Of a stretch of 64,000 bases of DNA, positions 27,285 through 36,922 are shown in pieces. Made by a program: the position numbers and the translations under genes. The notes beneath the pieces are model-generated. The model was not told where the DNA came from, did not search any database, and worked only from the letters and a program-made list of their open reading frames with translations. The number at the start of each line of letters is the position of its first letter. Position 1 is the first letter of the stretch. The DNA comes from Desulfobulbaceae bacterium UBA5121 (GTDB taxonomy: Bacteria; Desulfobacterota; Desulfobulbia; Desulfobulbales; UBA5123), in NCBI GenBank assembly GCA_002414225.1, contig DHYV01000040.1, forward strand, positions 49,656 through 113,655, read 5' to 3'.

Positions 27285-28202
27285 TTATCTTCCGTTCTCG
27301 CGCAATACGTGGGAGAAGGCCGAATCAATGGTAGGGTGCTGGAAGGCGAAACCGTGTCCGACGAGTTTGGCGGGCACCACCCGCTGGCCTTCGAGGAGTA
27401 CGGAGCCGAATTCGCCCAGGGCGAGCCGGACCAGGAAGGCGGGAACGGCGGGAAGCAGCGGCCGGTGCAGGAGGCGGGCGAGCGAGCGGCTCATCTCGCG
27501 GTTGGTGACCGGCTGGGGCGCGGTACAGTTGACCGGGCCGTTGATGGCCGGGGTCTGAATGAGGAAGAGAAAGGCGCGGACCAGATCGTCCAGGTGGATC
27601 CAGGAAAAGTACTGGCTGCCGCGGCCGAGCGGGCTGCCGAGCCCCCAGCGGAAGGCGGTGAGCATGCGGCTCAGGGCCCCGCCGTCCGGGCCGATGACCA
27701 CCCCGATCCGGCAGGGGATCACCCGCACCCCGTACTGTTCGGCGCCGCGGGCCGCCGCCTCCCATTCGCGGGTAAGGACGGCCAGGAAATCGTCGCCGTT
27801 GGCTCCGGCTTCGTCGATTGTCTCCCCTCCCCGCAGGCCGTAGTAGCCCACCGCCGAGCCATTGAGCAGGGTGGTGGGCCGGTCGCGGCGGGTGGCGAGT
27901 CCGGCGACGATGTTGCGGGTGGTTTCGATGCGGCTGGTCCGCAGCAGTTCCTTGCTCTCTTCGTTCCAGCGTCTGAAGATGGACGCCCCGGCCAGGTTGA
28001 TGACCACCTCATGGCTGGCCAGGGCCTCCTGCCAGTCACCGGGGCGCACCGGATCGCCGACCAGATAGGAAAGGGCAGGGGAGAAGTGATGCCGCTGTGG
28101 CTGGCGGCGGGTCAGCACGGTCACGGTGTGACCGGCGGCGAGCAACTGGTCGGTTAGTGCCCGGCCGAGGAAGCCGGTACCGCCGGAGATGAAGACGTGC
28201 AT
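27285..28202 (-). CDS. TIGR01777/YfcH-type NAD-dependent epimerase-like protein (SDR fold + DUF1731)
   Basis: MHVFISGGTGFLGRAL Rossmann motif. 305 aa. The C-terminal region is typical of YfcH-like proteins. Confidence 0.75.
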   Translation of the reverse strand: MHVFISGGTGFLGRALTDQLLAAGHTVTVLTRRQPQRHHFSPALSYLVGDPVRPGDWQEALASHEVVINLAGASIFRRWNEESKELLRTSRIETTRNIVAGLATRRDRPTTLLNGSAVGYYGLRGGETIDEAGANGDDFLAVLTREWEAAARGAEQYGVRVIPCRIGVVIGPDGGALSRMLTAFRWGLGSPLGRGSQYFSWIHLDDLVRAFLFLIQTPAINGPVNCTAPQPVTNREMSRSLARLLHRPLLPAVPAFLVRLALGEFGSVLLEGQRVVPAKLVGHGFAFQHPTIDSAFSHVLRENGR

Positions 28203-28362
28203 GGTCTGGTCTCGCTGGCGAGGGTTGAACGGGACGGGAACGCGCCTCGTGGGCAGATTGTAGCACAGATCGTCGCGGGGTAAGGGTGATTTTTTGCGTC
28301 GTGGCCGTACGGCGTCGCCTGCCGGGCGGCCGGCGGGGAAGCGTAAAAATGGAGATGGAACG

Positions 28363-29673
28363 GTGAGTCAGGAAGAGCAGGTCGTCATCGACAAGCTGGT
28401 GGTTGGCGGTCAGGGGCTCGGCCGGCTGGCCGATGGCATGGTGGTGCTGGTGGAGGGCGTGCTGCCGGGCGAACGGGTGACGGTGCATCCCGGGGCCAGG
28501 CGCGGCGGCTACCGGCAGGCGGAGCTGGTAGCGGTGCTCGAGCCCTCGCCGGACCGGGTGGTACCGCCCTGTCCCCATTTCGGCCGCTGCGGTGGCTGCG
28601 ACTTCCAGCATGTCGCCTCCCCCCGTCAGGCGTCCGTCAAGGGCGAGATCTTCCTGGAGCAGCTGACGCGGCAGGGGCTCCAGGAGCCGCCTGTCCTTCT
28701 GGCGCCGCTCGCCGCGCCTGATCCCTTCCATTACCGGCAGCGTATCCGGCTCCAGGTGGCAGGCCGCGAGTTCGGCTTTCGCCGTGCCCGTTCGCACCAA
28801 CTTGAACCGGTGACGGCCTGCCTGCTGGCCAGGCCCGAGATCAACGAGGTGCTCGGCCGGCTGGAGTCAAGCCCTACCCTGGTCCGGCTCCTCCGCCAGG
28901 GGCTTGAAATCGAACTCATGGCTAGTCCCCGTGACGGCGACGTGGTGCTCCTGGTACACTTTCAGCGCAAGCCCCGGCCCGCCGACTGCCAGGCCGCCCA
29001 GGCAGCGGTGGTCGAAACCGGGGTGACCGGCCTGCTGCTTGTCGCCGCCGGCCACGGCGTGGTGGGCCCCTTTGGTGGCGACGCCGAGGCATTGCTGCGC
29101 CGTTTCGTCCTCCCCGGCCGTGGTCCGGGGGGGCGGGATCTTCTCCTTGCCGTGGAGCCGGGTGGTTTCAGCCAGGTGAACCCGGCCCAGAACGTCAATC
29201 TGGTGGGAGAGCTGCTTGCCTGGGCCGGCCGCCCCGGCCGGGTGCTGGACTGCCACTGCGGCATGGGAAATTTTTCTCTGCCCCTGGCGGCGGTGGCCGA
29301 CGAGGTGATAGGCTGCGACGTGCAGGGCGCCGCCATCCGCAGCGGCCGTCGCAACGCCACGGCCAACGGTCTCGGCAACTGCCGTTTTGAAAAGCGGTCG
29401 GCCCGCGATTTCGTCGGCGAATTGGTGGCGGCCGGCGAAACCTTCGACACCGTGCTCCTCGATCCGCCCCGCCAGGGCTGCGCCGACATCGTCCCGCAGC
29501 TTCCCTCCCTCAAGCCCCAGCGGCTTATTTACATCTCCTGCGATCCCGCCACCCTGGTGCGCGATCTCGCCACCTTCAGCGGCCTGGGCTATGCCACGCG
29601 CCGGCTGCGGGTGGTGGACATGTTCCCCCAGACCCATCACCTGGAAGCCATCGCCCTCATCGAGCCGCGGTGA
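28363..29673 (+). CDS. rlmD: 23S rRNA (uracil-C5)-methyltransferase, RlmD/RumA type
   Basis: GTG start after a ggagatgg RBS. TRAM-like N-terminus, Fe-S cysteines CPHFGRCGGCDFQH, SAM site LDCHCGMGNFSLPLA and catalytic YISCDPATL. Confidence 0.8.
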   Translation: MSQEEQVVIDKLVVGGQGLGRLADGMVVLVEGVLPGERVTVHPGARRGGYRQAELVAVLEPSPDRVVPPCPHFGRCGGCDFQHVASPRQASVKGEIFLEQLTRQGLQEPPVLLAPLAAPDPFHYRQRIRLQVAGREFGFRRARSHQLEPVTACLLARPEINEVLGRLESSPTLVRLLRQGLEIELMASPRDGDVVLLVHFQRKPRPADCQAAQAAVVETGVTGLLLVAAGHGVVGPFGGDAEALLRRFVLPGRGPGGRDLLLAVEPGGFSQVNPAQNVNLVGELLAWAGRPGRVLDCHCGMGNFSLPLAAVADEVIGCDVQGAAIRSGRRNATANGLGNCRFEKRSARDFVGELVAAGETFDTVLLDPPRQGCADIVPQLPSLKPQRLIYISCDPATLVRDLATFSGLGYATRRLRVVDMFPQTHHLEAIALIEPR

Positions 29674-29688
29674 AAGCGGCCCCGTTGT

Positions 29689-30942
29689 TCAGGAGCCGGC
29701 GCCCGACCGGTCGTGAAGGGCGGCGAGGAGGTCGAGGAGGCGGTCGCGGGTGTTGGCGGCCTGGTTAAGGATGAGCACGAAGCCGTCCGGCCCCTTGTCG
29801 CCGTTCAGGTAGCCCGCATAGGCGTAGACGCCGGTGAGGGTGCCTGATTTGACCCGGCGGCTGTTTTTAAGGGGCAGCAGCGTGCTGTGGGGGGCAAAGG
29901 CATTGAGGATGGCCAGGAGGCCCCGCGGGGTGATGCGGTTGCGGCGTGACAGCCCCGACCCTTCTTCCACCTCCACGGTTTGGGGGGCAAGGCCCAGCTC
30001 GTCGTGGAGAAAATGGCCGAGGGCGGTGCGGCCCTTGGCCCAAGTGGCGGGGTAGCCGGCACGTTTGGCGCCCATGGCGAGGAAGAGCTGGTTGGCGATG
30101 AAGTTGTTGGAGTAGAGGAGCATGGCGGTGACGAGTTCGGGCAGCCGTTTGCTCGACCGGTGGCAGAGCAGGGGCGCGAGGCCCGCCGGCACCCGGCCCG
30201 CCCGGATGCGGCCCGTGCCCGCGATTCCCTGGCGCTGCTGGATGGCCCGGAAGAGTTCGCCCACGTGGCGGAGCACCCGGGCGTGGTCGTCGCCGATGTT
30301 GATGCGGTGCTCGCCAGGATGAAGCCCCCGGCCGAGTTCGGTCATCAGCGGCAGGGTGGGGGTCTGGGGTTCGGCGGAGCGCACCGTGTGGTCGGCCGCC
30401 ACCACGATGTTGACGGTGTTGAAGTTGACCGCCAGCGCCCCGTTGGCGGCGTCGTAAGGGTTGAGGCTCACCCCGGCGCCGTCCGCCGGGTGGGCGAGGG
30501 CAAAGGTCGAGTCGTCGAGGACGATGTCGTCGATCTCCCGCACCCCGGCCCGGGCGAACTCCGCCATCACCTCTGCCACCTCTTCGGAAACCAGCATCGG
30601 GTCGCCCAGCCCCTGGATGTACAGGGTGTGGTCGGGGCTCTGGAAGAAACGGGTTTCGAAGCGGTATTCCGGACCGAGGACGTGAAAGGCGGCAAGCGCG
30701 GTGCCGAGTTTCCAGGTGCTGGCCGGGATCAGGAGTTGATCCGGGTTGCGGCTGCAGATGATCGCGCCGTCCCTGGTCAACACCAGGCCGCCGTTGCTTA
30801 CCAGCCGGTCGAGGGCGGCGGGCCGGCAGCCGGCGGCCGCAGTGGCGGCGCCGGGCCAGCCCAGGATGGCCACGATGAGGAGGAGGCAGCGGAGGCAGCG
30901 GCCGAGGGCGGTGGCGTTCGCCTGGATCTGGTCTTCCCCCAT
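29689..30942 (-). CDS. dacB: D-alanyl-D-alanine carboxypeptidase/endopeptidase (PBP4, peptidase S13)
   Basis: Start at MGEDQIQ with a signal peptide. SxxK box PASTWK, SxN box YSNNF and KSG box RVKSGTLTG. Confidence 0.8.
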   Translation of the reverse strand: MGEDQIQANATALGRCLRCLLLIVAILGWPGAATAAAGCRPAALDRLVSNGGLVLTRDGAIICSRNPDQLLIPASTWKLGTALAAFHVLGPEYRFETRFFQSPDHTLYIQGLGDPMLVSEEVAEVMAEFARAGVREIDDIVLDDSTFALAHPADGAGVSLNPYDAANGALAVNFNTVNIVVAADHTVRSAEPQTPTLPLMTELGRGLHPGEHRINIGDDHARVLRHVGELFRAIQQRQGIAGTGRIRAGRVPAGLAPLLCHRSSKRLPELVTAMLLYSNNFIANQLFLAMGAKRAGYPATWAKGRTALGHFLHDELGLAPQTVEVEEGSGLSRRNRITPRGLLAILNAFAPHSTLLPLKNSRRVKSGTLTGVYAYAGYLNGDKGPDGFVLILNQAANTRDRLLDLLAALHDRSGAGS

Positions 30943-30997
30943 CTGGTGCCGTTCCTCTTCGGGTGGAGCCTGCTTCGCGCGTCCTTGGCCCGTCGGC

Positions 30998-32344
30998 TCA
31001 GACCTTGGGCAGATCCCTGGTGGCCGCGGCGATGGCCTCTGCCGGCAGGTCGTAGTCGTGCAGCTCGCCGGCAGAAAATTTCTCATAGCTTGACAGATCG
31101 AGCAGTCCGTGTCCGGAGAGATTGAAGAGGATGGTCTTGGGCTCGTTCTTGTCAATGGTCGCCTCGATGATCGCCGCCCGGACCGCGTGGCAGGATTCGG
31201 GTGCCGGGATGATGCCCTCGGTGCGGGCAAAAAGGGTGCCTGCCTCGAAACATTCCAGTTGGTGGAGGCTCACCGCCTCCATGAGTCCCTCGCGGAGCAT
31301 GGCGCTGATGATCGGCGCCATGCCGTGGTAGCGGAGCCCGCCGGCATGGATGCCGGGCGGGGTGAAGTTGTGGCCCAGGGTGTACATGTAGAGGAGCGGG
31401 GTGCGGCGGGCCACGTCGCAGAAGTCGTAACCGTAGACGCCCTTGGTCATGGTGGGGCAGGAGGCGGGTTCGACCCCGACGAAGCGGATCGGTTTGCCCT
31501 CCAGTTTGTCGGGCAGGAAGGGAGTGGCGAGCCCGGCGAAATTGGAGCCGCCGCCGCAGCAGCCGATGATCACGTCCGGGGTTTCGCCGATCATGGCGAG
31601 CTGCTTCTTGGCCTCAAGACCGATGATGGTCTGATGAAGGCAGACGTGATTGAGCACCGATCCCAGGGCGTACTTGGTGTCGTCGCGGGAGGAGGCATCC
31701 TCCAGGGCCTCGCTGATGGCAATACCCAGCGAACCAGGGGTGTCGGGATCGCGTGCGAGGACGGCGCGGCCGGTGGCGGTTATGTCGCTGGGGCTGGGGG
31801 TGATGGCGGCGCCATAGGTGTTCATCATCACCTTGCGGTAGGGCTTCTGGTCGAAGGAGACCCGAACCATGTAGACCATGCATTCGAGGCCGAACTTGCT
31901 GGTGGCAAACGACAGGGCGCTGCCCCACTGGCCGGCCCCGGTTTCGGTGGCCAGCCGTTTGACCCCTTCCCGCTGGTTGTAATATGCCTGGGCCACGGCG
32001 CTGTTGGTCTTGTGGCTGCCCGAGGGGGAAACCCCCTCGTTCTTGAAGAAGATCTTGGCCTTGGTGCCGAGAGCCCGCTCCAGATTTTCGGCCCGCACCA
32101 GGGGCGCCGGCCGCCAGATGCGGAGGATTTCCTGGACCTCGGTGGGGATGTCGATCCAGCGCTGGTCGCTCATCTCCTGTTCAAGGAGCCCCACCGGAAA
32201 GATGGGGGCGAGTTTTTCCGGTCCCATCGGCTGCATGGTTTCCGGGTCCAGGGGCGGGGCGATGCCGTTGGGGATATCGGGAAGCACGTTGTACCATTGC
32301 CGGATCATCTCGTCTTCGGGGAGCTGGATCTTTTTCTGTTGCAT
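30998..32344 (-). CDS. TrpB-like PLP enzyme (tryptophan synthase beta, TrpB2 type), stand-alone
   Basis: Start at [16 protein letters not shown]-lysine motif GSHKTNSA, and [10 protein letters not shown]. No trpA nearby. Confidence 0.85.
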   Translation of the reverse strand: MQQKKIQLPEDEMIRQWYNVLPDIPNGIAPPLDPETMQPMGPEKLAPIFPVGLLEQEMSDQRWIDIPTEVQEILRIWRPAPLVRAENLERALGTKAKIFFKNEGVSPSGSHKTNSAVAQAYYNQREGVKRLATETGAGQWGSALSFATSKFGLECMVYMVRVSFDQKPYRKVMMNTYGAAITPSPSDITATGRAVLARDPDTPGSLGIAISEALEDASSRDDTKYALGSVLNHVCLHQTIIGLEAKKQLAMIGETPDVIIGCCGGGSNFAGLATPFLPDKLEGKPIRFVGVEPASCPTMTKGVYGYDFCDVARRTPLLYMYTLGHNFTPPGIHAGGLRYHGMAPIISAMLREGLMEAVSLHQLECFEAGTLFARTEGIIPAPESCHAVRAAIIEATIDKNEPKTILFNLSGHGLLDLSSYEKFSAGELHDYDLPAEAIAAATRDLPKV

Positions 32345-32603
32345 TGCGTCACCTCTGGTTCGTTTGCCTGTCACGCCGGCAAGGGCCGCGGGCGTGTCGG
32401 CCGCCGGGCGGAGGGGATGGCGTAGTTACGTGGCAGATGGAGAGCCAAGCAGCGGCCGGCGACTGGTCCGCCGTGCAGTTGACCCTGGCGTATTTAAGCG
32501 AATTCGTTCTAATTTACGCAATTCGTTTCCGGCTGGCAAGCCTCTTTCTTGAGGGCGCGAGAGGACGGGGCAGCCCCTCGGTCGGCGCTGGCGCAGGGAA
32601 TGG

Positions 32604-33602
32604 CTACAGCGAATTGCCGCCGGGGGCGGCCGGCATCTTGCGGATCCGCTCCAGTTGATCGGCAAGGTCGCGGATCTCCTGCTGCCAGTAGGCGCGGGAA
32701 CCGAAGTCGGTGGCCACCCGGCTGAGGCCGTCCTCGGTGGCCTGCAGGGCACACCAGGCCGTGTAGTGGATGAAGCGCATGGCCCGGAGCGGTTCGATGA
32801 GGCGCAAGGAGCGGCGGTCAAAGTCGCGGAAGGTCTCGTAACCTTCGAGGAAAAGGTCGATCTCGGCCAGGGATTCCTCGGCATGGCCCGGCAGCAGCAT
32901 CCAGAAGTCCTGCACCGGAGGACCGCTGGCCATGTCGTCGAGGTCGATGAGATAGAACGACTCGCCGGGCCGGTAGATGAGATTTGAAAAATGGCAGTCG
33001 CCGTGGATGCGGATCCGCTCGGTGCCGGCGAAGAGCGGCGTGATCTCGGCGATGAGGGCGTCGGTCACCTCCCGAAGGGGGGCAGCGAGGTCGACGGGGA
33101 CGAGGTCTGATGCCAGGATGGCGTCCACCTGTTGCCGGGTGGAGTGGTCCGGGGCCATGACGATCCGGTTGGCCGGGGCGCGGCGGGCGCCCACCACGTG
33201 GGCGCGGCCGATGAGGCGGCCAAGCTCGAGCCACTGGTCGTCGGAGTACTCGTCGAAGCTGCGCCCCCCCTTCTTGGGGAAGAGGGCAAAGCGCAGGTCG
33301 CCGCATCGGCCCAGGGTGGCGCCGTCGGCAAGCGGCAGGGGGGCGATCACCGGCAGCTCCTCCGCCGCGAGTTCCAGGAGCAGGTCGTGCTCGTCCTCAA
33401 GCGCGGCCAGCGACCAGCGGCCCGGCCGGTAGAACTTGGCGATCAGGCCACTGCCGTCAGCGTCCTGCAGTTCGAAGACCCGGTTGATATAGCTGTTCAA
33501 TGGGCGGCAGAGGTTGGTGCAGCGGCGGCCCGAAACCTTTTCGACGACATCGAGCACCGTATGCGGCGGCAGGGAATGGAAGGTGAGGCTGTTGTGCGGC
33601 AT
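32604..33602 (-). CDS. srkA: stress-response Ser/Thr kinase SrkA (YihE)/aminoglycoside-phosphotransferase-fold kinase
   Basis: LNSYINRVFELQ, RIHGDCHFSNLIY and YLIDLDD catalytic motifs. 332 aa. Confidence 0.75.
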   Translation of the reverse strand: MPHNSLTFHSLPPHTVLDVVEKVSGRRCTNLCRPLNSYINRVFELQDADGSGLIAKFYRPGRWSLAALEDEHDLLLELAAEELPVIAPLPLADGATLGRCGDLRFALFPKKGGRSFDEYSDDQWLELGRLIGRAHVVGARRAPANRIVMAPDHSTRQQVDAILASDLVPVDLAAPLREVTDALIAEITPLFAGTERIRIHGDCHFSNLIYRPGESFYLIDLDDMASGPPVQDFWMLLPGHAEESLAEIDLFLEGYETFRDFDRRSLRLIEPLRAMRFIHYTAWCALQATEDGLSRVATDFGSRAYWQQEIRDLADQLERIRKMPAAPGGNSL

Positions 33603-33793
33603 GGCGGAGCAAAAGTCCTTATGAAGTGAAGTCCTGCCCTAGGGGGATTGGCCGTATGCTGCGGTTTGTCGCGGGCCAGGCCAGGAAGACATGCCTGGGT
33701 GACTGGGTGATTTTCTGTTCCGCAACAAACCAAAGAACACTGCGGGGCTTTACCGTTGGTATCTCATATCGACATTGGGGGACAGCAGGCAGC

Positions 33794-34393
33794 TCATCCC
33801 CTGGGGTCATGGATGCCTATTCCCATTATGTCACCGTGGGAAATCTCGATGTTGAGTTTGATTCCTGATTTGTTGATGGCTTTTCTGACACCACATTTTT
33901 TGGTGTTTATGTCATGGAAAAAAACAACCTCCCTGGCCAAGGGCAGGTAGTTGATTATGTCGTTCCTGACCGCCTGGTAAGAATGGTCACCATCAATGAG
34001 TATAAAATGATATGCTTCTTTTGAAGCTTGTTTGATGATATCTTGGGCAGAGCTGTTTCCGTCTATAAGGGTAAAAGACATATTTTTTGATAAATAGTGG
34101 TCTCTCACCTTCAGTAATGAAGCATTCTCCGGGTTGTGGATAAGCCATGTTACGGTTGTGTATATTGGTATCCTGTTGTTTTGTTCACACAATTCTTTCA
34201 ATGCTATTGCCCATAAACCTTTAAATGCGCCTATTTCGAGGAAAGATATATAATTGCTGTCTACTTCCGATATGCGCTGATTCAGATAACACAGACAATC
34301 AAGAAATTCTCTCCTGTTCTGGCTTCCGTCGTAATCTGTCGTGTTTCCCCCGATTATTTCCCTGTATGCCTCGTCTATTTTGTCCAGGTCCAT
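33794..34393 (-). CDS. class I SAM-dependent methyltransferase (Methyltransf_24/CmcI-like) in an AT-rich islet
   Basis: FLEIGAFKGLW (motif I) and FILIDGDHSY. 199 aa. Codon usage and base composition are visibly AT-rich relative to the flanks. Confidence 0.7.
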   Translation of the reverse strand: MDLDKIDEAYREIIGGNTTDYDGSQNRREFLDCLCYLNQRISEVDSNYISFLEIGAFKGLWAIALKELCEQNNRIPIYTTVTWLIHNPENASLLKVRDHYLSKNMSFTLIDGNSSAQDIIKQASKEAYHFILIDGDHSYQAVRNDIINYLPLAREVVFFHDINTKKCGVRKAINKSGIKLNIEISHGDIMGIGIHDPRG

Positions 34394-34987
34394 GTGGTGT
34401 GCCGTCCTCTAAAAAAGATATTTGCTCTGGGTAATCCCAGTTTCCCCGGATGTTATCTTGAGTTGCTCAAAAGAATAATGACGGAAGTGCGACCAAAAAG
34501 ACGCGGAACGCTCTCGGCGCTATCATGGTCTCGTCAAAAGTATTAACCCATAAATTTGGTGCGCGTTGATTTCGTCGCCAACAAGCGAACGCGGGGCCAG
34601 GCGACCGTTTGCACCGCAAACGCTGTTGGGTTGGGGCAACCGCGGCACTGTGTCACAACGGCTGTGATTATAGTCAATTTTGACGTATTTGGGAATGATA
34701 TGGCGCATCTTCTCCGCCAGACGGAACTGGAACGCCACCCCCTCCATCCAGCCTCTGAAGGAGGAGATGCCGTTTCTGGCGGAAAGTTCGGGAGGGTGCA
34801 GCCGATGGTGGTCGGGGGGGCGTGTCGGTCGATCTCAGGCTATCTTTAAGGATGTGAAAACATGTGGACAGTGGGGCGTCGGGTATGGTGAAAATTGGGT
34901 ATGTTGCCTGGAGTGGGGCCTTGATCGGCTCGATGTGATTCCATGTGGCTGTTCGTTTGCGAAAACCGTTCTTTAAGGAGGAAGGTT

Positions 34988-35305
34988 ATGGCTGAAAAAC
35001 CCATCAACTGCTGGCAGTACAAGGGGTGCGGCCGGGAGCCGGGCGGCAGTAACGTCCGGGAACTCGGAGTCTGCCCGGCGGCAACGGAGAAGAGCATGGA
35101 CGGTATTCATCGCGGCGACAACGCCGGCCGTTCCTGCTGGATCATCGCCGGCACTTACTGCGGGGGCAAGGTGCAGGGCAGTTATGCCTTGAAGAGCGCC
35201 AACTGCGCCAAGTGTGATTTTTTCAATCTGGTTTTGGCTGAAGAAAAAACGAGCCTCCAGGAGGCAACCCATCTGTTGCAGGCCCTGACCATCGTCAGCC
35301 GCTGA
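34988..35305 (+). CDS. stand-alone two-CW-type cysteine-rich domain protein (105 aa)
   Basis: Strong RBS aaggaggaagg, 4 nt before the ATG. MAEKPINCWQYKGCGREPGG...GVCPAA...GRSCWIIAGTYCGG...CAKCDFF, with two CW dipeptides and 7 Cys. Family recalled from memory. Confidence 0.6.
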   Translation: MAEKPINCWQYKGCGREPGGSNVRELGVCPAATEKSMDGIHRGDNAGRSCWIIAGTYCGGKVQGSYALKSANCAKCDFFNLVLAEEKTSLQEATHLLQALTIVSR

Positions 35306-35454
35306 AACCGCCGCGCGTCGGCGCCCCCACCGCGGGCAGGGAACCTGCCCGTCGCGACGAATCGTCGTTTCGCTCTCCTTGTCGTGGTCCGCCCGCTTCG
35401 TTTCGTGCCGCCGTCCCTGACCCGACGACAACGGCACGGGGGAAAGGGGTGCGG

Positions 35455-36774
35455 CTAGAGGAGGTTGCTCGCCAGCTCCGCCAACATGGATCGCTCCCCC
35501 TTTTCAAGATTGATGTGCGCGTAGAGCTTCTGGCCCTGCATTTTGGCGAGCAGGTAGCTCAGGCCGTTGGAGTGGCTGTCGAGGTAGGGATGATCGATCT
35601 GGAAGATGTCGCCGGTAAGGACGATCTTGGTTCCCTCGCCGGCCCGGGTGATGATGGTCTTGACCTCGTGGGGAGTGAGATTCTGGGCCTCGTCGACGAT
35701 GAAGAAAATTTTCACCAGCGACCGGCCCCGGATATAGGCCAGGGGGGCGATGACCAACTGTTCCTCCTTGAGCAGATCATTGGTGTTCCAACTGCGGAGG
35801 TTGTCCCCGGCCATCTGGATGACGCCCAGGTTGTCGAAAATGGGCTGCATGTAAGGTTCGAGCTTCGAGTGGACATCGCCCGGCAGGTAGCCGAGATCGC
35901 GGTTGGCCAGCGGCACCACCGGCCGGGCCATAAAGATCTGCCGGTAGTCGTCCCGCTGATGAAGCGCCGCCGCCAGGGCGAGCAACGTTTTGCCGGTGCC
36001 GGCCTTGCCCGAGATGGTGACCAGCTGGATCTCCTTGTTCAGCAGGGCGTTGAGGGCAAAGGTCTGTTCGGCGTTACGCGGCTGGACGCTGGCCGCCCGC
36101 TCCCTGTCCACCCGCCTTACCTCGCTCGACTCGCCGTCAAAGCATGCCAGGGCCGACTGCCGGCCGTTTCTGAGCACCAGATACTCGTTGGCGCGCAGTC
36201 CAAGCTCCGGGGCAAGCTCGTCGGCAGGGACCGAGGCCGTGCCGTTGTATAGTTTGTGGATCGCCTCGCCACTCACCCCCTCCACCACCCGGTGCCCCGC
36301 ATAGAGGGCGCCCGGATCCTTGACGTGATCGTTCTTGAAGTCCTCGGCCATCAGGCCGACGGCCTTGGCCTTCATCCGCAGGTTGACGTCCTTGGAAACC
36401 AGGGTGACCTGCCGGCGCGTTTCTTCCCTGGCCAGATGGTAGGCGATGTTCAGGATGTGGTGGTCGGCCTTGGTGGCGGCGAAGTTGATCTGCAGCTCCG
36501 GATGCATCTCCTTTTCGAGTTTGATGGCGATCAACCCCTGTCCCTCGCCGATCCGCACCCCGCCGTTGAAGAGCTTATCGCCGCTTAAGGCATCGAGGGC
36601 GCGGAGGAACTCCCTGGCATGGTAGTTGACCGACTCGTGGCCCTTCTTGAAGCGGTCGAGTTCCTCCAGGACGGTGATGGGAATGGCGATGTCGTGCTCC
36701 TGAAAACGATAGATGCAGGAGCTGTCGTGGAGGATGACGTTGGTGTCGAGGACCATGAGCTTGCCGTTGTTCAT
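35455..36774 (-). CDS. PhoH2-type protein (N-terminal PIN domain + PhoH ATPase)
   Basis: PIN MVLDTNVILHD, Walker A ISGKAGTGKTLLAL and Walker B IFFIVDEAQNL. 439 aa. Confidence 0.85.
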   Translation of the reverse strand: MNNGKLMVLDTNVILHDSSCIYRFQEHDIAIPITVLEELDRFKKGHESVNYHAREFLRALDALSGDKLFNGGVRIGEGQGLIAIKLEKEMHPELQINFAATKADHHILNIAYHLAREETRRQVTLVSKDVNLRMKAKAVGLMAEDFKNDHVKDPGALYAGHRVVEGVSGEAIHKLYNGTASVPADELAPELGLRANEYLVLRNGRQSALACFDGESSEVRRVDRERAASVQPRNAEQTFALNALLNKEIQLVTISGKAGTGKTLLALAAALHQRDDYRQIFMARPVVPLANRDLGYLPGDVHSKLEPYMQPIFDNLGVIQMAGDNLRSWNTNDLLKEEQLVIAPLAYIRGRSLVKIFFIVDEAQNLTPHEVKTIITRAGEGTKIVLTGDIFQIDHPYLDSHSNGLSYLLAKMQGQKLYAHINLEKGERSMLAELASNLL

Positions 36775-36922
36775 GCGGGGGTGCCTCCTGGAGTGGGTTT
36801 GCGGCCCGCTGTCATTGGGTGGTCAGCGAGGCGATGGACATGGTGGTAACGGCCGGGCCGTGCCTGACATCGCAGTAAAGGAGATGTCGGTTGTTTTTCA
36901 GGACCGCGCGGCAGGGCCGGGA

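Noticed and set aside
34400-34987. Possible genes in the AT-rich spacer (track ORFs 34523-34747 minus, 34556-34849 plus, 34680-34976 plus)
   Set aside because: The frames overlap one another, lack RBSs and show no recognisable motifs. They may be pseudogene debris, but I cannot support any call without a similarity search.
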